Origin: Armatimonadota bacterium
GTDB taxonomy: Bacteria; Armatimonadota; SYMT01
Direction of reading: 5' to 3'
Assembly (NCBI GenBank): GCA_041690135.1
Contig: JAWLHY010000008.1
Span: forward strand, 128,001 to 192,000
DNA: 64,000 nucleotides
The translations under genes and the position numbers were made by a program. This document shows positions 47,606 through 56,845 of this stretch, one piece after another. How positions within the stretch are numbered: position 1 is the stretch's first letter; every line of letters starts with the position of its first letter. The notes beneath the pieces are model-generated. The model had not been told where the DNA came from. It searched no databases and saw only the letters and a list, made by a program, of their open reading frames with translations.

Positions 47606-48973
47606 ATGGCACTGTCCGCCGTTTCCGCCGTTGACGGCCGCTACGAATCCCAGACGCAAGAACTGGCGCGCTTCTATTCGGAGAGCGCGTTGATCCGCTA
47701 TCGCGTGAAGGTGGAGATCGAGTGGCTGATCCTGATGGCCGAACGGAGCGAGTTTCCCGAAGTCCGGTCATTCACCGCGGACGAGGTCGCCTTCCTGCGG
47801 GGCATGGTGGACGGTTTCTCCGCCGCCGACGCGGAGCGGGTCAAGGAGATCGAGCGGACCACCAACCACGATGTCAAAGCCGTGGAGTACTTCCTGAAGG
47901 AACGCCTGGCGGGAACCGAACTGGCGGAGGTGAGCGAGTTCCTCCACTTCGCCTGTACGTCCGAGGACATCAATAATCTCTCCTACGGCCAGATGCTGCG
48001 GGATGGAATCCAGGAAGTCTGGCGTCCGCTCGCGGTGAAGCTGGTCGACAGTGTCGCTGCTTTGGCCGAATCCACTCGTGACCTGGCGATGCTCTCTCGG
48101 ACGCACGGCCAGCCCGCTACCCCATCGACGCTCGGCAAAGAGTTGGCGGTTTTCGTCTATCGCTGGCGCCGCCAGCTGGCTCAGGTGGACCGGGTGGAGT
48201 ACTTGGGCAAGTTCAGCGGGGCCGTAGCCACCTTCGGCGCACACTCCGCCGCCTATCCGGACGCCCCCTGGGAAGAGATTTCGCGCACCCTGGTGGAGCG
48301 CCTGGGCCTCACCTGGAACCCGCTCACCACGCAGATCGAGTCGCACGACTACATGGCGGAGCTGTTCCACGCGCTGATCCGGTTCAACAACATCACGTTG
48401 GACTTCGACCGGGACGTCTGGACATATATCTCCCAGGGATACTTCAAGCAGAAGCTGGTGAAGGGGGAGGTGGGCTCATCCGTGATGCCCCATAAGGTGA
48501 ACCCGATCAACTTCGAGAACTCGGAAGCGAACACCGGGGTAAGCAATGCCCTCCTCCAGCACCTGGCGAACACGCTGCCGATCTCCCGCCTCCAGCGCGA
48601 CCTCACGGACTCTTCCGCACAGCGCACCATCGGCACCGCCCTGGGCCACGCCGTCATTTCACTCTCCTCGGCGGTCCGCGGCCTCCAGCGCCTGGCGGTC
48701 GACGAGCGCGCTCTCGCCGCCGATCTGGAGGAGAACTGGGCGGTTCTCGCCGAGCCGATCCAGACGGTGATGCGCAAGGCCGGGATCCCAAACCCCTACG
48801 AGGCGCTCAAGGAGCTCACCCGCGGCCAGGAGATCGACCGCGACCAGATCCAAGCCTTTGTCAGTGGCCTCGACCTCCCCGAAGCGGACCGCGAGCGGCT
48901 TCTGGCCCTCACCCCCGCCACCTACACCGGCCTGGCCTCTGTCCTCGTCCGGCACATGTCCGATCCGTCCTGA
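47606..48973 (+). CDS. purB: Adenylosuccinate lyase
   Basis: DGRY, TNHDVKAVEY, HFACTSEDINN, GSSVMPHKVNPINFENSE, SRLQRDLTDS. Confidence 0.97.
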   Translation: MALSAVSAVDGRYESQTQELARFYSESALIRYRVKVEIEWLILMAERSEFPEVRSFTADEVAFLRGMVDGFSAADAERVKEIERTTNHDVKAVEYFLKERLAGTELAEVSEFLHFACTSEDINNLSYGQMLRDGIQEVWRPLAVKLVDSVAALAESTRDLAMLSRTHGQPATPSTLGKELAVFVYRWRRQLAQVDRVEYLGKFSGAVATFGAHSAAYPDAPWEEISRTLVERLGLTWNPLTTQIESHDYMAELFHALIRFNNITLDFDRDVWTYISQGYFKQKLVKGEVGSSVMPHKVNPINFENSEANTGVSNALLQHLANTLPISRLQRDLTDSSAQRTIGTALGHAVISLSSAVRGLQRLAVDERALAADLEENWAVLAEPIQTVMRKAGIPNPYEALKELTRGQEIDRDQIQAFVSGLDLPEADRERLLALTPATYTGLASVLVRHMSDPS

Positions 48974-49024
48974 TCCGTTCCGGATCGTGATCGGTGCCCT
49001 GGCGGATGGGCCGTCCGCGCACCA

Positions 49025-49897
49025 TTAGAGGGGTCGCTGTTCCCACGGCATGGGAATGGTGGGTCCCTGGGTGTGGCGGTCGCCGCGGGGGTCGAGTGAG
49101 CGATCGCGGAAGTAGTCCACGAAGGCGACGAGTTGCTTCACCGCCTCCTGGTAGGCTTCCCGGCCTTTCTCCACGCTCGCCTTCTCCGCATCGCCAATCA
49201 CGCCCGTTTCAGAGTAGCTGCTGGTCCACGAGATGAGCTGCGTGGCGCTTTTGCCGAACAGGTCATTCCAGATGAACGGGTTCGGCTCGCGGTTGTAGCT
49301 GGCGAACTCCGTCCGGATCAGGTCCTCCCGCACATTTGCATGGTCCAGATACAGGTAGAGGGAGGTCTCCAACTCGCAGGCATGGGAGCATCCGCCCGGG
49401 AACGCGCTCTCCCGCCACCGCGGCATGAAGCTCTTATCCACCGTAAGCAGGCTCCACCAGGCCGCCAACACACATTCGCCATCCGTTTCCAGGTTGGTCC
49501 GGCGGGCGACCAGATCCAGGTTCGGCATGTTGGAGCCGTGGCCGTTGAGCAACAAGATCTTCTTGAACCCGTGGTAGGCCAGCGACTTCGTGATGTCCAG
49601 CACGCTGCGGATGAACGTCTCCCAGTCCTGATTCAGCGTGCCCGGAAAGTCCATCACATGCCCCACGTAGCCGTAGTGGACGGTCGGCAGCACCAGAATT
49701 CGGTCCGGCGCCACCATTCCGGCCCCGCGCGCGATCTCCGTCGGGCAAACGATATCGACGTCGAGCGGCAAATGGGGGCCGTGCTGTTCGACCGACCCCA
49801 CCGGGAGGATGCAGACCTTCCGCATCTCTACTGCGTCGTTGATCTCAGGCCAGGTCAGCTTTTCGTAGCGGTACTCAGTGGCGGCACGGCTGGACAT
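49025..49897 (-). CDS. Creatininase family amidohydrolase
   Basis: LPVGSVEQHGPHLPLDVD, FPGTL, NGHGSN, HACELETS. Confidence 0.92.
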   Translation of the reverse strand: MSSRAATEYRYEKLTWPEINDAVEMRKVCILPVGSVEQHGPHLPLDVDIVCPTEIARGAGMVAPDRILVLPTVHYGYVGHVMDFPGTLNQDWETFIRSVLDITKSLAYHGFKKILLLNGHGSNMPNLDLVARRTNLETDGECVLAAWWSLLTVDKSFMPRWRESAFPGGCSHACELETSLYLYLDHANVREDLIRTEFASYNREPNPFIWNDLFGKSATQLISWTSSYSETGVIGDAEKASVEKGREAYQEAVKQLVAFVDYFRDRSLDPRGDRHTQGPTIPMPWEQRPL

Positions 49898-49963
49898 GGG
49901 GTTGGCTCCTCGTAGCTGGTCGTGGACGTGGGATGGGCGTTCAAGCGGCGCTCGTGCAAGACA

Positions 49964-49991
49964 GCGTAATGCGTAATCCGTAATGCGTAAG
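49964..49991. repeat. Heptamer tandem repeat (GCGTAAT)x4
   Basis: GCGTAAT GCGTAAT CCGTAAT GCGTAAG, intergenic. Confidence 0.8.
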
Positions 49992-50090
49992 GAACGTGTC
50001 AGAGTGGGTGCTTGGAATTGGCAGGTGCCTCGGACCAAGTTCCGGTATGCCCACCCGTTCGTTCGAAACGGGTGCTCTTCCTGTCTGGAG

Positions 50091-50492
50091 TTAGAGGGCC
50101 CGGCCCACCACGACTCCCAGCCACACTGCCACGAGCCCGGCGGCAAGGCTTCCGAATGCATTGGCCAGCGCCCGGGGCCATGCGCCCAGCATCAACAGCT
50201 GCAGATTGTCGTATTCGAAGGTGGAAAACGTGGTGTAAGCGCCTAGGAAGCCCACGGCCAGCAACAGGCGTAGGGTGGGCCCGGCATTCAGTTCTCCGCG
50301 CTCCGCCAGGAACTCCAGCAGCACCCCCAGCAGGAATGACCCCGTGACGTTAATAGCGAATGTCGCCCACGGGAACTGTGCCCCCCACCGGCCGGTAATC
50401 CACAGCCCCAGCCAGTAGCGCGCATTCGCTCCCAGAAATCCGCCCAGGCCCACGAGGCACGTTTTGGCTATCCATTCCCACTTCGGATCCAA
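50091..50492 (-). CDS. crcB: Fluoride efflux channel FluC
   Basis: GGFLGANARY, FPWATFAINVTGSF, GFLGAYTTFSTF. Confidence 0.95.
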   Translation of the reverse strand: MDPKWEWIAKTCLVGLGGFLGANARYWLGLWITGRWGAQFPWATFAINVTGSFLLGVLLEFLAERGELNAGPTLRLLLAVGFLGAYTTFSTFEYDNLQLLMLGAWPRALANAFGSLAAGLVAVWLGVVVGRAL

Positions 50493-50550
50493 TGGTTCTC
50501 TCTCCAGGGTTGATGCCTCGGCCCTACACCCGCCCCCTTCTTGTTCTTCT

Positions 50551-50589
50551 CCGTGTCCAACTCCGTGTCTCTGTGTCTCAGTGGTGAGA
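50551..50589 (-). repeat. Dispersed 39-bp repeat, copy 2
   Basis: 34/39 identical to 5681-5719; 8 nt after the stop of the MutS-like gene. Confidence 0.75.
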
Positions 50590-50597
50590 GATCCGGG

Positions 50598-52463
50598 TCA
50601 GACCTCCAGCCCGATCGACCGCATCAACTCCAGGGCATTGCTCTTCTGGACTACGCCGGGGCGCAGGCGGTAGTCGAAGCGCATTTCCCCATCCTCCAGG
50701 TGGTCTTCCAGGTGGACGTTGACGGCGCGCAGGTCCGGCTCCTCCGCAATGCGGGCCAGCGCCAGGTCGTGCGTGGTCACCAGCCCCACGGCCCCGCGAG
50801 CCAATAGTGCCCGGATCACCGCCTCCGCGCCGATCCGGCGGTCATGGGAGTTGGTGCCGTGGAGGATCTCGTCCAGGAGGAAGAGGGCGGGGAAGGAGGT
50901 GGGCAGTGGGCAGTGGGCAGCCGGCGGTGGGCAGTCTGTGTTGGGCACCGGCTGCTCTGCTGGGTATGATCCGGCAAGGTCGACGATCTGGCGGAGGCGC
51001 TTGATTTCGGCGTAGAAGCGGGAGGTGCCTTCCTGTAGGGAGTCCATGGTGCGGAGCGAGGCACCGATGCTGAGGGGAGAGAGTTGCAGGCGCTGCGCTC
51101 GCACCGGCGCACCCGCGAGGCCGAGCACTGCATTGACGCCGACCGTGCGCATCAGCGTGCTTTTCCCCGACATGTTCGAGCCGCTCACCAGCAGCAGGCG
51201 CAGGTCCGGCCCCAGGCGGAGGCTGTTTCGGACCATCTGGTCCGCCGGAAGCAGCGGATGGCCCAGATCCTCCGCGTCGAACACGCAGCCCGAGTCCAGC
51301 ACTTCGGGGAAGGGATCGGCCGGGTGTTCGTAGGCATAGCCCGACAGCGCGACCAATGCCTCCAGTTCTCCGATTCCGGATAGCCACCGCTCCAGCAGGG
51401 GGCCGTTCTCCGCGCGCCACTGCTCGATGCGCAGGGAGAACTGGAGCGACCAGAGGAGAATGAAGGCCAGTAGTGCGAAGACACCATTCCGCTGGGAGTG
51501 CAGCAACGCGACCAGCCGCTCCAGCCGGGCCAACCTTGCGGAGGGGGGCTCGCCGTTTGTCTCCAACCCCGCCCGGAACTCCCGCAGGGAGGGCGCATGG
51601 AACTCCTCCCTTTCCAGTCGTTCCAGCAGGCGAGCCAGCACGGCGAGATCGCGCGCCGGGCGGTCCACAGAGCGAACGACCGCTCCCACCCTTTGGCTGT
51701 AGGGCCAGAGGAAGAGCTGCTCCAGCACGATCATTCCGAGGAGGGGTAGCGGTCCGTACCCTGCGGCCCACAGCCCCGCGGCGCCGACGGTTAACAGTGC
51801 CAGCACGCCTCCCACGATCGGTGCGCTGCGGGAGACCAGCGTAACCGGCGCCTTGCCCCAGGCGATCAGCGCCTCCACGTTCACCCCACTGCGGACTTCC
51901 TCCCCCAGTCGAGCTAGGTCCTCACGAAGGTTGAGGCGGGGTCGCAGGTCGTCCACCGCATCCTGCCGGCCGCGCACCTCCCCGGCGGGCGCGGCCTGGA
52001 GCAGCCACCGGGCCAGGGTCTCCTCTCCGGTGCGGGTTTGGGCCGTGCAGAGGAGTTGGAACAGGGAACCCTTCCCGAAAAGGTCCAGGTCGTCCGCATA
52101 CGGGTGTGCGGGATTCCGGTACTCCTCACCCGTTACGCCCATCCCAGCCCAGCGCTCCTCCAGACGGGCCAGCCCGTGCTCGTAGAACCGCACCGCGCGG
52201 CGGACGTCCTCCAATTGCACCGAAACCCGGTCGTGGATGACTACCAGCGTAGCAAAGGCGAAGACCGGTATGAGCAGCGACAGGGGATGCAGCCCGCGCC
52301 CGAGGACCAGAAGCAGCATCCCGGCGCCGATCAGCGCCACGAACAAGCGGAGATTCGAGATGGACCGGTCCCGCCGCTCGAGGTCGGCCGCCACGGCGGT
52401 CCGCTCCGCAAGGCGGCGGGTGTATTCGGTATGGGGGTCGGTAGGGGAGATGGGTGCAGTCAC
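50598..52463 (-). CDS. Membrane-associated MutS domain V ATPase (short MutS-like family)
   Basis: TM hairpins, HPYADDLDLFG-x2-SLFQ, GHPLL, SGSNMSGKST, S-x-FYAE, LDEILHGTNS, TTHDL. Confidence 0.9.
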   Translation of the reverse strand: MTAPISPTDPHTEYTRRLAERTAVAADLERRDRSISNLRLFVALIGAGMLLLVLGRGLHPLSLLIPVFAFATLVVIHDRVSVQLEDVRRAVRFYEHGLARLEERWAGMGVTGEEYRNPAHPYADDLDLFGKGSLFQLLCTAQTRTGEETLARWLLQAAPAGEVRGRQDAVDDLRPRLNLREDLARLGEEVRSGVNVEALIAWGKAPVTLVSRSAPIVGGVLALLTVGAAGLWAAGYGPLPLLGMIVLEQLFLWPYSQRVGAVVRSVDRPARDLAVLARLLERLEREEFHAPSLREFRAGLETNGEPPSARLARLERLVALLHSQRNGVFALLAFILLWSLQFSLRIEQWRAENGPLLERWLSGIGELEALVALSGYAYEHPADPFPEVLDSGCVFDAEDLGHPLLPADQMVRNSLRLGPDLRLLLVSGSNMSGKSTLMRTVGVNAVLGLAGAPVRAQRLQLSPLSIGASLRTMDSLQEGTSRFYAEIKRLRQIVDLAGSYPAEQPVPNTDCPPPAAHCPLPTSFPALFLLDEILHGTNSHDRRIGAEAVIRALLARGAVGLVTTHDLALARIAEEPDLRAVNVHLEDHLEDGEMRFDYRLRPGVVQKSNALELMRSIGLEV

Positions 52464-52514
52464 GGTTTACCGAGTTCACCCACCATCCAAGCAATCCCTA
52501 CATCAGGGGAGTGG

Positions 52515-53273
52515 TCAGAGTTGCTCCGGGTCAAGACCCAACTCCGCAAGCCGCGCCGCGAGCCGTTCTGCGCGCGCTCGTTCTTGCTCCGCCCGCGCTC
52601 GTTCTTGCTCCGCCCGCGCTCGTTCTTGCTCCGCCCGCGCTCGTTCTTGCTCCGCAAGTGCGCAAGCATGTTCCGCCCGATCTCGTTCTGAGTCGCGCTG
52701 GCGGGCCAGATCAACATAGGATGCAAACGGGAGACCATCGGGACCGGTAAGGTGCAGGTCGCCACCCGCCAGGGCGAAGCGTACTTTCAGGCGCGGGCTC
52801 ACCCAACCCTCCATATCGGAGATCGGGCGTAGCTCTCCCCCCTTTCGCTGCCAACCGAAGAGGGCGCCACCTTCGGGGTCGTAGAGGTAGTACTCTTCGA
52901 CACCATGCCGCTGATAGAACTTCCACTTGAGGAAGAGCTCTTCGACGGTGTTTCCAGGGGATTGCACCTCGAACACGACCTGCGGGGGAATTCCCCCTTC
53001 CCGGTGCTGGATATAGGATCCCCGGTATCCCTTCGGCCTTCCGAAGACGACCATGGCGTCGGGCGCGGCGCGGACCTTCGGGTTGCCCTGCACCGGGTAC
53101 CACAGCAGATCCCCCGCCACGAATACGTTCGGGTCGTCGCGGAACAGAGCGTCCAGCCCACCCTTGATCGTGGTGATCCACTCGAACTGCAGGGTATTGT
53201 CCGCGATCGGCTTTCCGTCACTTTCCGGATAGACGACATCCTCCCGCGGTGGGAGTGGGGTGATTGTGCTCAT
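52515..53273 (-). CDS. Uma2 (DUF820) family endonuclease-fold protein with coiled-coil tail
   Basis: YPESDGKPIADNT, FVAGDLLWYP, APDAMVVFG, VFEVQSPGN, GVEEYYLYDP, AEQERAR repeats. Confidence 0.9.
   Translation of the reverse strand: MSTITPLPPREDVVYPESDGKPIADNTLQFEWITTIKGGLDALFRDDPNVFVAGDLLWYPVQGNPKVRAAPDAMVVFGRPKGYRGSYIQHREGGIPPQVVFEVQSPGNTVEELFLKWKFYQRHGVEEYYLYDPEGGALFGWQRKGGELRPISDMEGWVSPRLKVRFALAGGDLHLTGPDGLPFASYVDLARQRDSERDRAEHACALAEQERARAEQERARAEQERARAEQERARAERLAARLAELGLDPEQL
52573..52655. repeat. 21-bp tandem repeat x4 encoding AEQERAR
   Basis: CGCGCTCGTTCTTGCTCCGCC repeated four times. Confidence 0.9.
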
Positions 53274-53439
53274 ACTGGCGCACCTGCTGCAGCTAGCGGT
53301 CGGGCTTCCACTGTACGACTTCCTCAATGGGCGAGACTCGCCAGATCATGATACCCGGACGTGAAGGAAGGCGGCAACCGCCGCCTGGAGGCCGTGTCCC
53401 ACAGAACTGATCCCCTGCACCGGACTGGAAAATTCTGAT

Positions 53440-53634
53440 ACCAGCGGCGACGCCGGGCGTAGCCCCCGTCCGAGGACCGGGAGCAGCATCCCGGCGCCGA
53501 TCAGCGCCACGACGAGGAGGAGGTTCGAGATGGACCGGTCGCGCCGCTCGAGGACGTCCGCCACGGCGGTCCGCTCCACCAGAAGACGGGGGGTATTCGG
53601 CATCGGGATCGGAAGGGGAAATGGGTGCCGTCAC
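53440..53634 (-). pseudogene. Frameshifted duplicate of the 5' end of the MutS-like gene
   Basis: Reads MTAPISPSDPDAEY, then after a +1 frameshift in a G-run near 53590 ERTAVADVLERRDRSISNL...LIGAGMLL-x-VLGRGL, matching the N-terminus of 50598-52463. Confidence 0.85.
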
Positions 53635-53798
53635 GGTTTACTGTGTTCACCCCTCGGCAACCCGATACCTACTGGAAGGTGAAGTGCAAAGAACCGGGGC
53701 AAGGCCTCCGTTTCCTCTCACAGTTGTGGATCGGTTCCCCTGCAACACGGCCGGTTCACCGGCGTCACATAAGGCAATGCGGGAGGGATGGACGGACC

Positions 53799-55211
53799 AT
53801 GCTGGAACTCCACAAGAGCCACGGGGGAGCCCACTGCGACCTCCTCTCGCGCCGGAAGGTGCTGGAGGTCGGCACCCTGGGCATCGTCGGCCTCTCCCTC
53901 TCCGGCCTCCTCCGCGCCGAAGCTGCCCCTGCATCTCCAGTTCCCAACCCCCGGTCCCTAACCCCGCGAGCACCGCGAGCCCAGAATTGCATCATACTCT
54001 TCCTGAACGGCGGTCCGAGCCACCTCGACATGTGGGACATGAAGCCGGACGCGCCGGCCGAAGTCCGGGGGGAGTTCACGGCGATCCCCACCGCGGTCGC
54101 GGGAATCCAGATGTCGGAGCACCTGCCCCGGTTGGCGAAACTGGCAGGGGACTACTCGCTGCTCCGGTCACTCCACCACCGGGTCAGCAACGCCCACGCC
54201 GCCGCGGTCTACACCACCCTCACGGGGGACGACCGTGGCGATGCCACGGTGGCCATCGGGTTCAATCAGAAGGACTTTCCCTCCATCGGTTCCGTGGTTA
54301 GCCGGGTCTATCCGCCGCGCCAGGCGATGGTGCCCTACGTCTCGCTGCCGTATCGCACGAAAGAGGGGGCGGGCGGCCCTCCGCAGCCGGGCTTCTACGG
54401 AGGATGGATGGGGCAGCAGTACGATCCGCTCTTCATCGAGAAGGACCCCAACGCCGCGGACTTCAGCCTGCCGGAGTTGACCCTCCCGCAGGGTTTCACC
54501 CCGCGCCGGGTGCAGGCGCGGAGGCGGATTCTGCAGTCGGTTAACCAGGAATTGGACTCGCTGGTCCGCGACGTCGGGTTTACCGCCCTCGATGCGTTCC
54601 AGCAACGCGCCCTTGAGTTGATCACGTCGGACCAGACCCGGCGCGCTTTCGACATCCATCAGGAGCCACAGAACATTCGGGAGAGCTATGGTCGCAACGT
54701 CTACGGCCAGAGCGTGCTGCTAGGCCGCCGCCTGATCGAAGCTGGCTGCCGTGTGGTGACCATATCCTGGGCGCCCGACGCGAACGCCACCTGGGATACC
54801 CACGGCAATAACTTCAAGAGCTTGAAGGGCACCCTGTTGCCGCAACTGGACGCCTGCCTGTCGTCACTTCTAGCGGATCTGAAGGACCGCGGCCTGCTGG
54901 AGGATACGCTCGTAGTGTGCATGGGCGAGTTCGGTCGTACGCCCAAAGTCAACGGCAATGCAGGGCGCGATCACTACCCCGGCTGTTACTCGCTCCTGTT
55001 GGCCGGGGGCGGCGTGCGGGGCGGCCGGGTGGTGGGCCAGTCCGACTCCCTCGGCGCCGAGCCCGCGGAAAACCCCCTCACCCCACAGGACGTGATCGCG
55101 ACCCTCTATCACCTGCTCGGGATCTCTCCGGAAACGCAGTTCCTCGATCCGCTGGACCGGCCGCTCCCCATATTGAATGGCCATGGGCGGTTCATTCACG
55201 AGTTGGTCTGA
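53799..55211 (+). CDS. DUF1501 domain protein
   Basis: SRRKVL, IILFLNGGPSHLDMWDMKP, RRLIEAG, WDTH, MGEFGRTP, GRDH, GGRVVGQSD. Confidence 0.93.
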   Translation: MLELHKSHGGAHCDLLSRRKVLEVGTLGIVGLSLSGLLRAEAAPASPVPNPRSLTPRAPRAQNCIILFLNGGPSHLDMWDMKPDAPAEVRGEFTAIPTAVAGIQMSEHLPRLAKLAGDYSLLRSLHHRVSNAHAAAVYTTLTGDDRGDATVAIGFNQKDFPSIGSVVSRVYPPRQAMVPYVSLPYRTKEGAGGPPQPGFYGGWMGQQYDPLFIEKDPNAADFSLPELTLPQGFTPRRVQARRRILQSVNQELDSLVRDVGFTALDAFQQRALELITSDQTRRAFDIHQEPQNIRESYGRNVYGQSVLLGRRLIEAGCRVVTISWAPDANATWDTHGNNFKSLKGTLLPQLDACLSSLLADLKDRGLLEDTLVVCMGEFGRTPKVNGNAGRDHYPGCYSLLLAGGGVRGGRVVGQSDSLGAEPAENPLTPQDVIATLYHLLGISPETQFLDPLDRPLPILNGHGRFIHELV

Positions 55212-55273
55212 ACCCCGTTCGAAACTCGCCTCTAGCGGGTAGGACCAGTCGTAGCTTTCACGGAGGCGGGCCA

Positions 55274-55561
55274 ATGATCATTGTCGAGAAGTACTGCGAT
55301 ACCTGTGGGATGCAATTCGACTGGGCGGGAGTGACTCTGGGGGACCTGGTCTATTGTTGTGCGGGATGTGCCCGCGGCGGCCCCTGCATCTGCGGGGCCC
55401 CCAGCCAGACCGTGGTGGCCGGCGGTCCCACGGTCGTTTCCAGCGGCGGAACCACCGTGGTCACCCAGGGTGGCACCACCGTCGTGACCCGGGGTGGGGG
55501 AGTGGTCGGCGGACCCACGGCGGTAGTGCCGGGGAGCGACGATACGATCATCGTCGGATAA
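55274..55561 (+). CDS. Metallothionein-like Cys-rich domain fused to G/T/V repeats (95 aa)
   Basis: GGAGG RBS; CDTC...YCCAGCARGGPCIC, then a (GGTTVV)-type repeat tail. Confidence 0.72.
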   Translation: MIIVEKYCDTCGMQFDWAGVTLGDLVYCCAGCARGGPCICGAPSQTVVAGGPTVVSSGGTTVVTQGGTTVVTRGGGVVGGPTAVVPGSDDTIIVG

Positions 55562-55726
55562 CGGAAAGCCTCTCACAGGAGGTTGGCGCGCGCGAAGCGC
55601 CCGGCAAGCCGCTCAGCAGGGTGGAGCCGGGCGTTTGTGCGCCACTGATGAGCCGGTATCCCCGACGCGACCCGGAGTAGCGGCCGTCCGGCGTGACGGC
55701 CAGCCATTTCCTGGAGTTGTTGATAC

Positions 55727-56047
55727 TCAATCGCTGCTGCTGCTGTCCCCGCTATCGCTTATGCAATCACCCCCGCTGTCGTGGTGGTGATCATGGTGAT
55801 GATGGTCGTGTCCCGGATGCTCGCAATGGGAGCGGTGGTGGCGGGAGTCGTCGTCCGTGGTCGAATTGCTCCAGTAGGTGTTGTTTCGGTCCCAATCCGA
55901 GTCGCGCGAGCGATCCGGCCGGGGAGCGATTCGCGACCCACCCCCCACTCGGGAGCTTCGGCCTTTACTCCGCTTGCCGCCAGTCAGTAGTCGCTTCACG
56001 GCCCAGCCCGCGACAACCACGCCGACGATGATGTGGGCTGGCTCCAT
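55727..56047 (-). CDS. Small membrane-anchored His/Asp/Ser-rich protein
   Basis: GGAGGG RBS, N-terminal hydrophobic helix, HHRSHCEHPGHDHHHHDHHHD, DSGDSSSSD tail. Confidence 0.62.
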   Translation of the reverse strand: MEPAHIIVGVVVAGWAVKRLLTGGKRSKGRSSRVGGGSRIAPRPDRSRDSDWDRNNTYWSNSTTDDDSRHHRSHCEHPGHDHHHHDHHHDSGGDCISDSGDSSSSD

Positions 56048-56171
56048 GAGAGGACCCCTCCAGAGTGCCCGGCCGTCCGCTGATAGCGACAAGCAGACAG
56101 GATCACTACCCTACTACCGGTATCCTTCCAGCAAACGACGTACAATCGAAGGAGAGATACCGGGAAAAGCG

Positions 56172-56738
56172 ATGCCCCTCGAACACCACGGTGCCGAAAC
56201 CGAAGCCGCCTCCGTTCGTCTGTCGCCGGACGAGCTCCAGGCGTTAATGAGCGACGCCATTCGCCGCCACGGTCAGGCCGAACGCGCGGCCGATCCGGTG
56301 GACCGCTCGCTCGCCACGCTGGATGACGCCTACGAAATCGCGCGCCAGCTCAACATCCCGGAAGAGCACGTTCGGGCCGCTGTGGCCGAACGGCAGAAAG
56401 GGAAGCTCCGCGAGCAAAAGCGTGAAGTGATCCGGCGCCGCCGGCAGAGGCACTTCTTCGCCACCCTCGGAATTGCCCTGATCGCCACCCTGGGATTGCT
56501 CATCGGCGGGATGCAGGTGAGCCTGGGCGGGTTAGCGGTGCTCCTCTGGGTCGCGGCTCTGATTCTGGGCTTCCAGGCGAAAGCCGCACGTATCGCGGAC
56601 GCCGATGCAGACCGAGTCGATCTTCCCCCGCAGCCGGGCACCTGCCGGGTCTGCGGCGCCGCCGCCTACAACGAGCGCGCCACCTTTTGCGACCAGCACC
56701 GCTACCGGGGACCCCGAAGCCCAGGGGTCGCTGCTTAG
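56172..56738 (+). CDS. Hypothetical 2-TM protein with C-terminal zinc finger
   Basis: Helical N-domain (IARQLNIPEEHV), two TM, CRVCG-x8-FCDQH. Confidence 0.72.
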   Translation: MPLEHHGAETEAASVRLSPDELQALMSDAIRRHGQAERAADPVDRSLATLDDAYEIARQLNIPEEHVRAAVAERQKGKLREQKREVIRRRRQRHFFATLGIALIATLGLLIGGMQVSLGGLAVLLWVAALILGFQAKAARIADADADRVDLPPQPGTCRVCGAAAYNERATFCDQHRYRGPRSPGVAA

Positions 56739-56845
56739 CAATGCGCAACTTTAGCTCGTGATAGCAGCCCGGGACTGTACTCCTTGCTGATGGGCGAGAA
56801 TGCGCCCACGCAGGTGGGCAGCGTGCGGTTCCCGAGCCCGGAGGT

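Noticed and set aside
50493-50597. Fluoride riboswitch upstream of crcB
   Set aside because: No GGCGATGG-x-GTTCGCC...GCT-x-ATGAC consensus is visible; the space holds the dispersed 39-bp repeat.
52573-52655. CRISPR-like array
   Set aside because: The 21-bp units are contiguous with no spacers and encode the Uma2 coiled coil; no cas genes in the window.
50598-53273. MutS-like ATPase plus Uma2 nuclease as a defence system
   Set aside because: Both families are widespread singly, and the adjacency is explained by the insertion/duplication scar; no further support.
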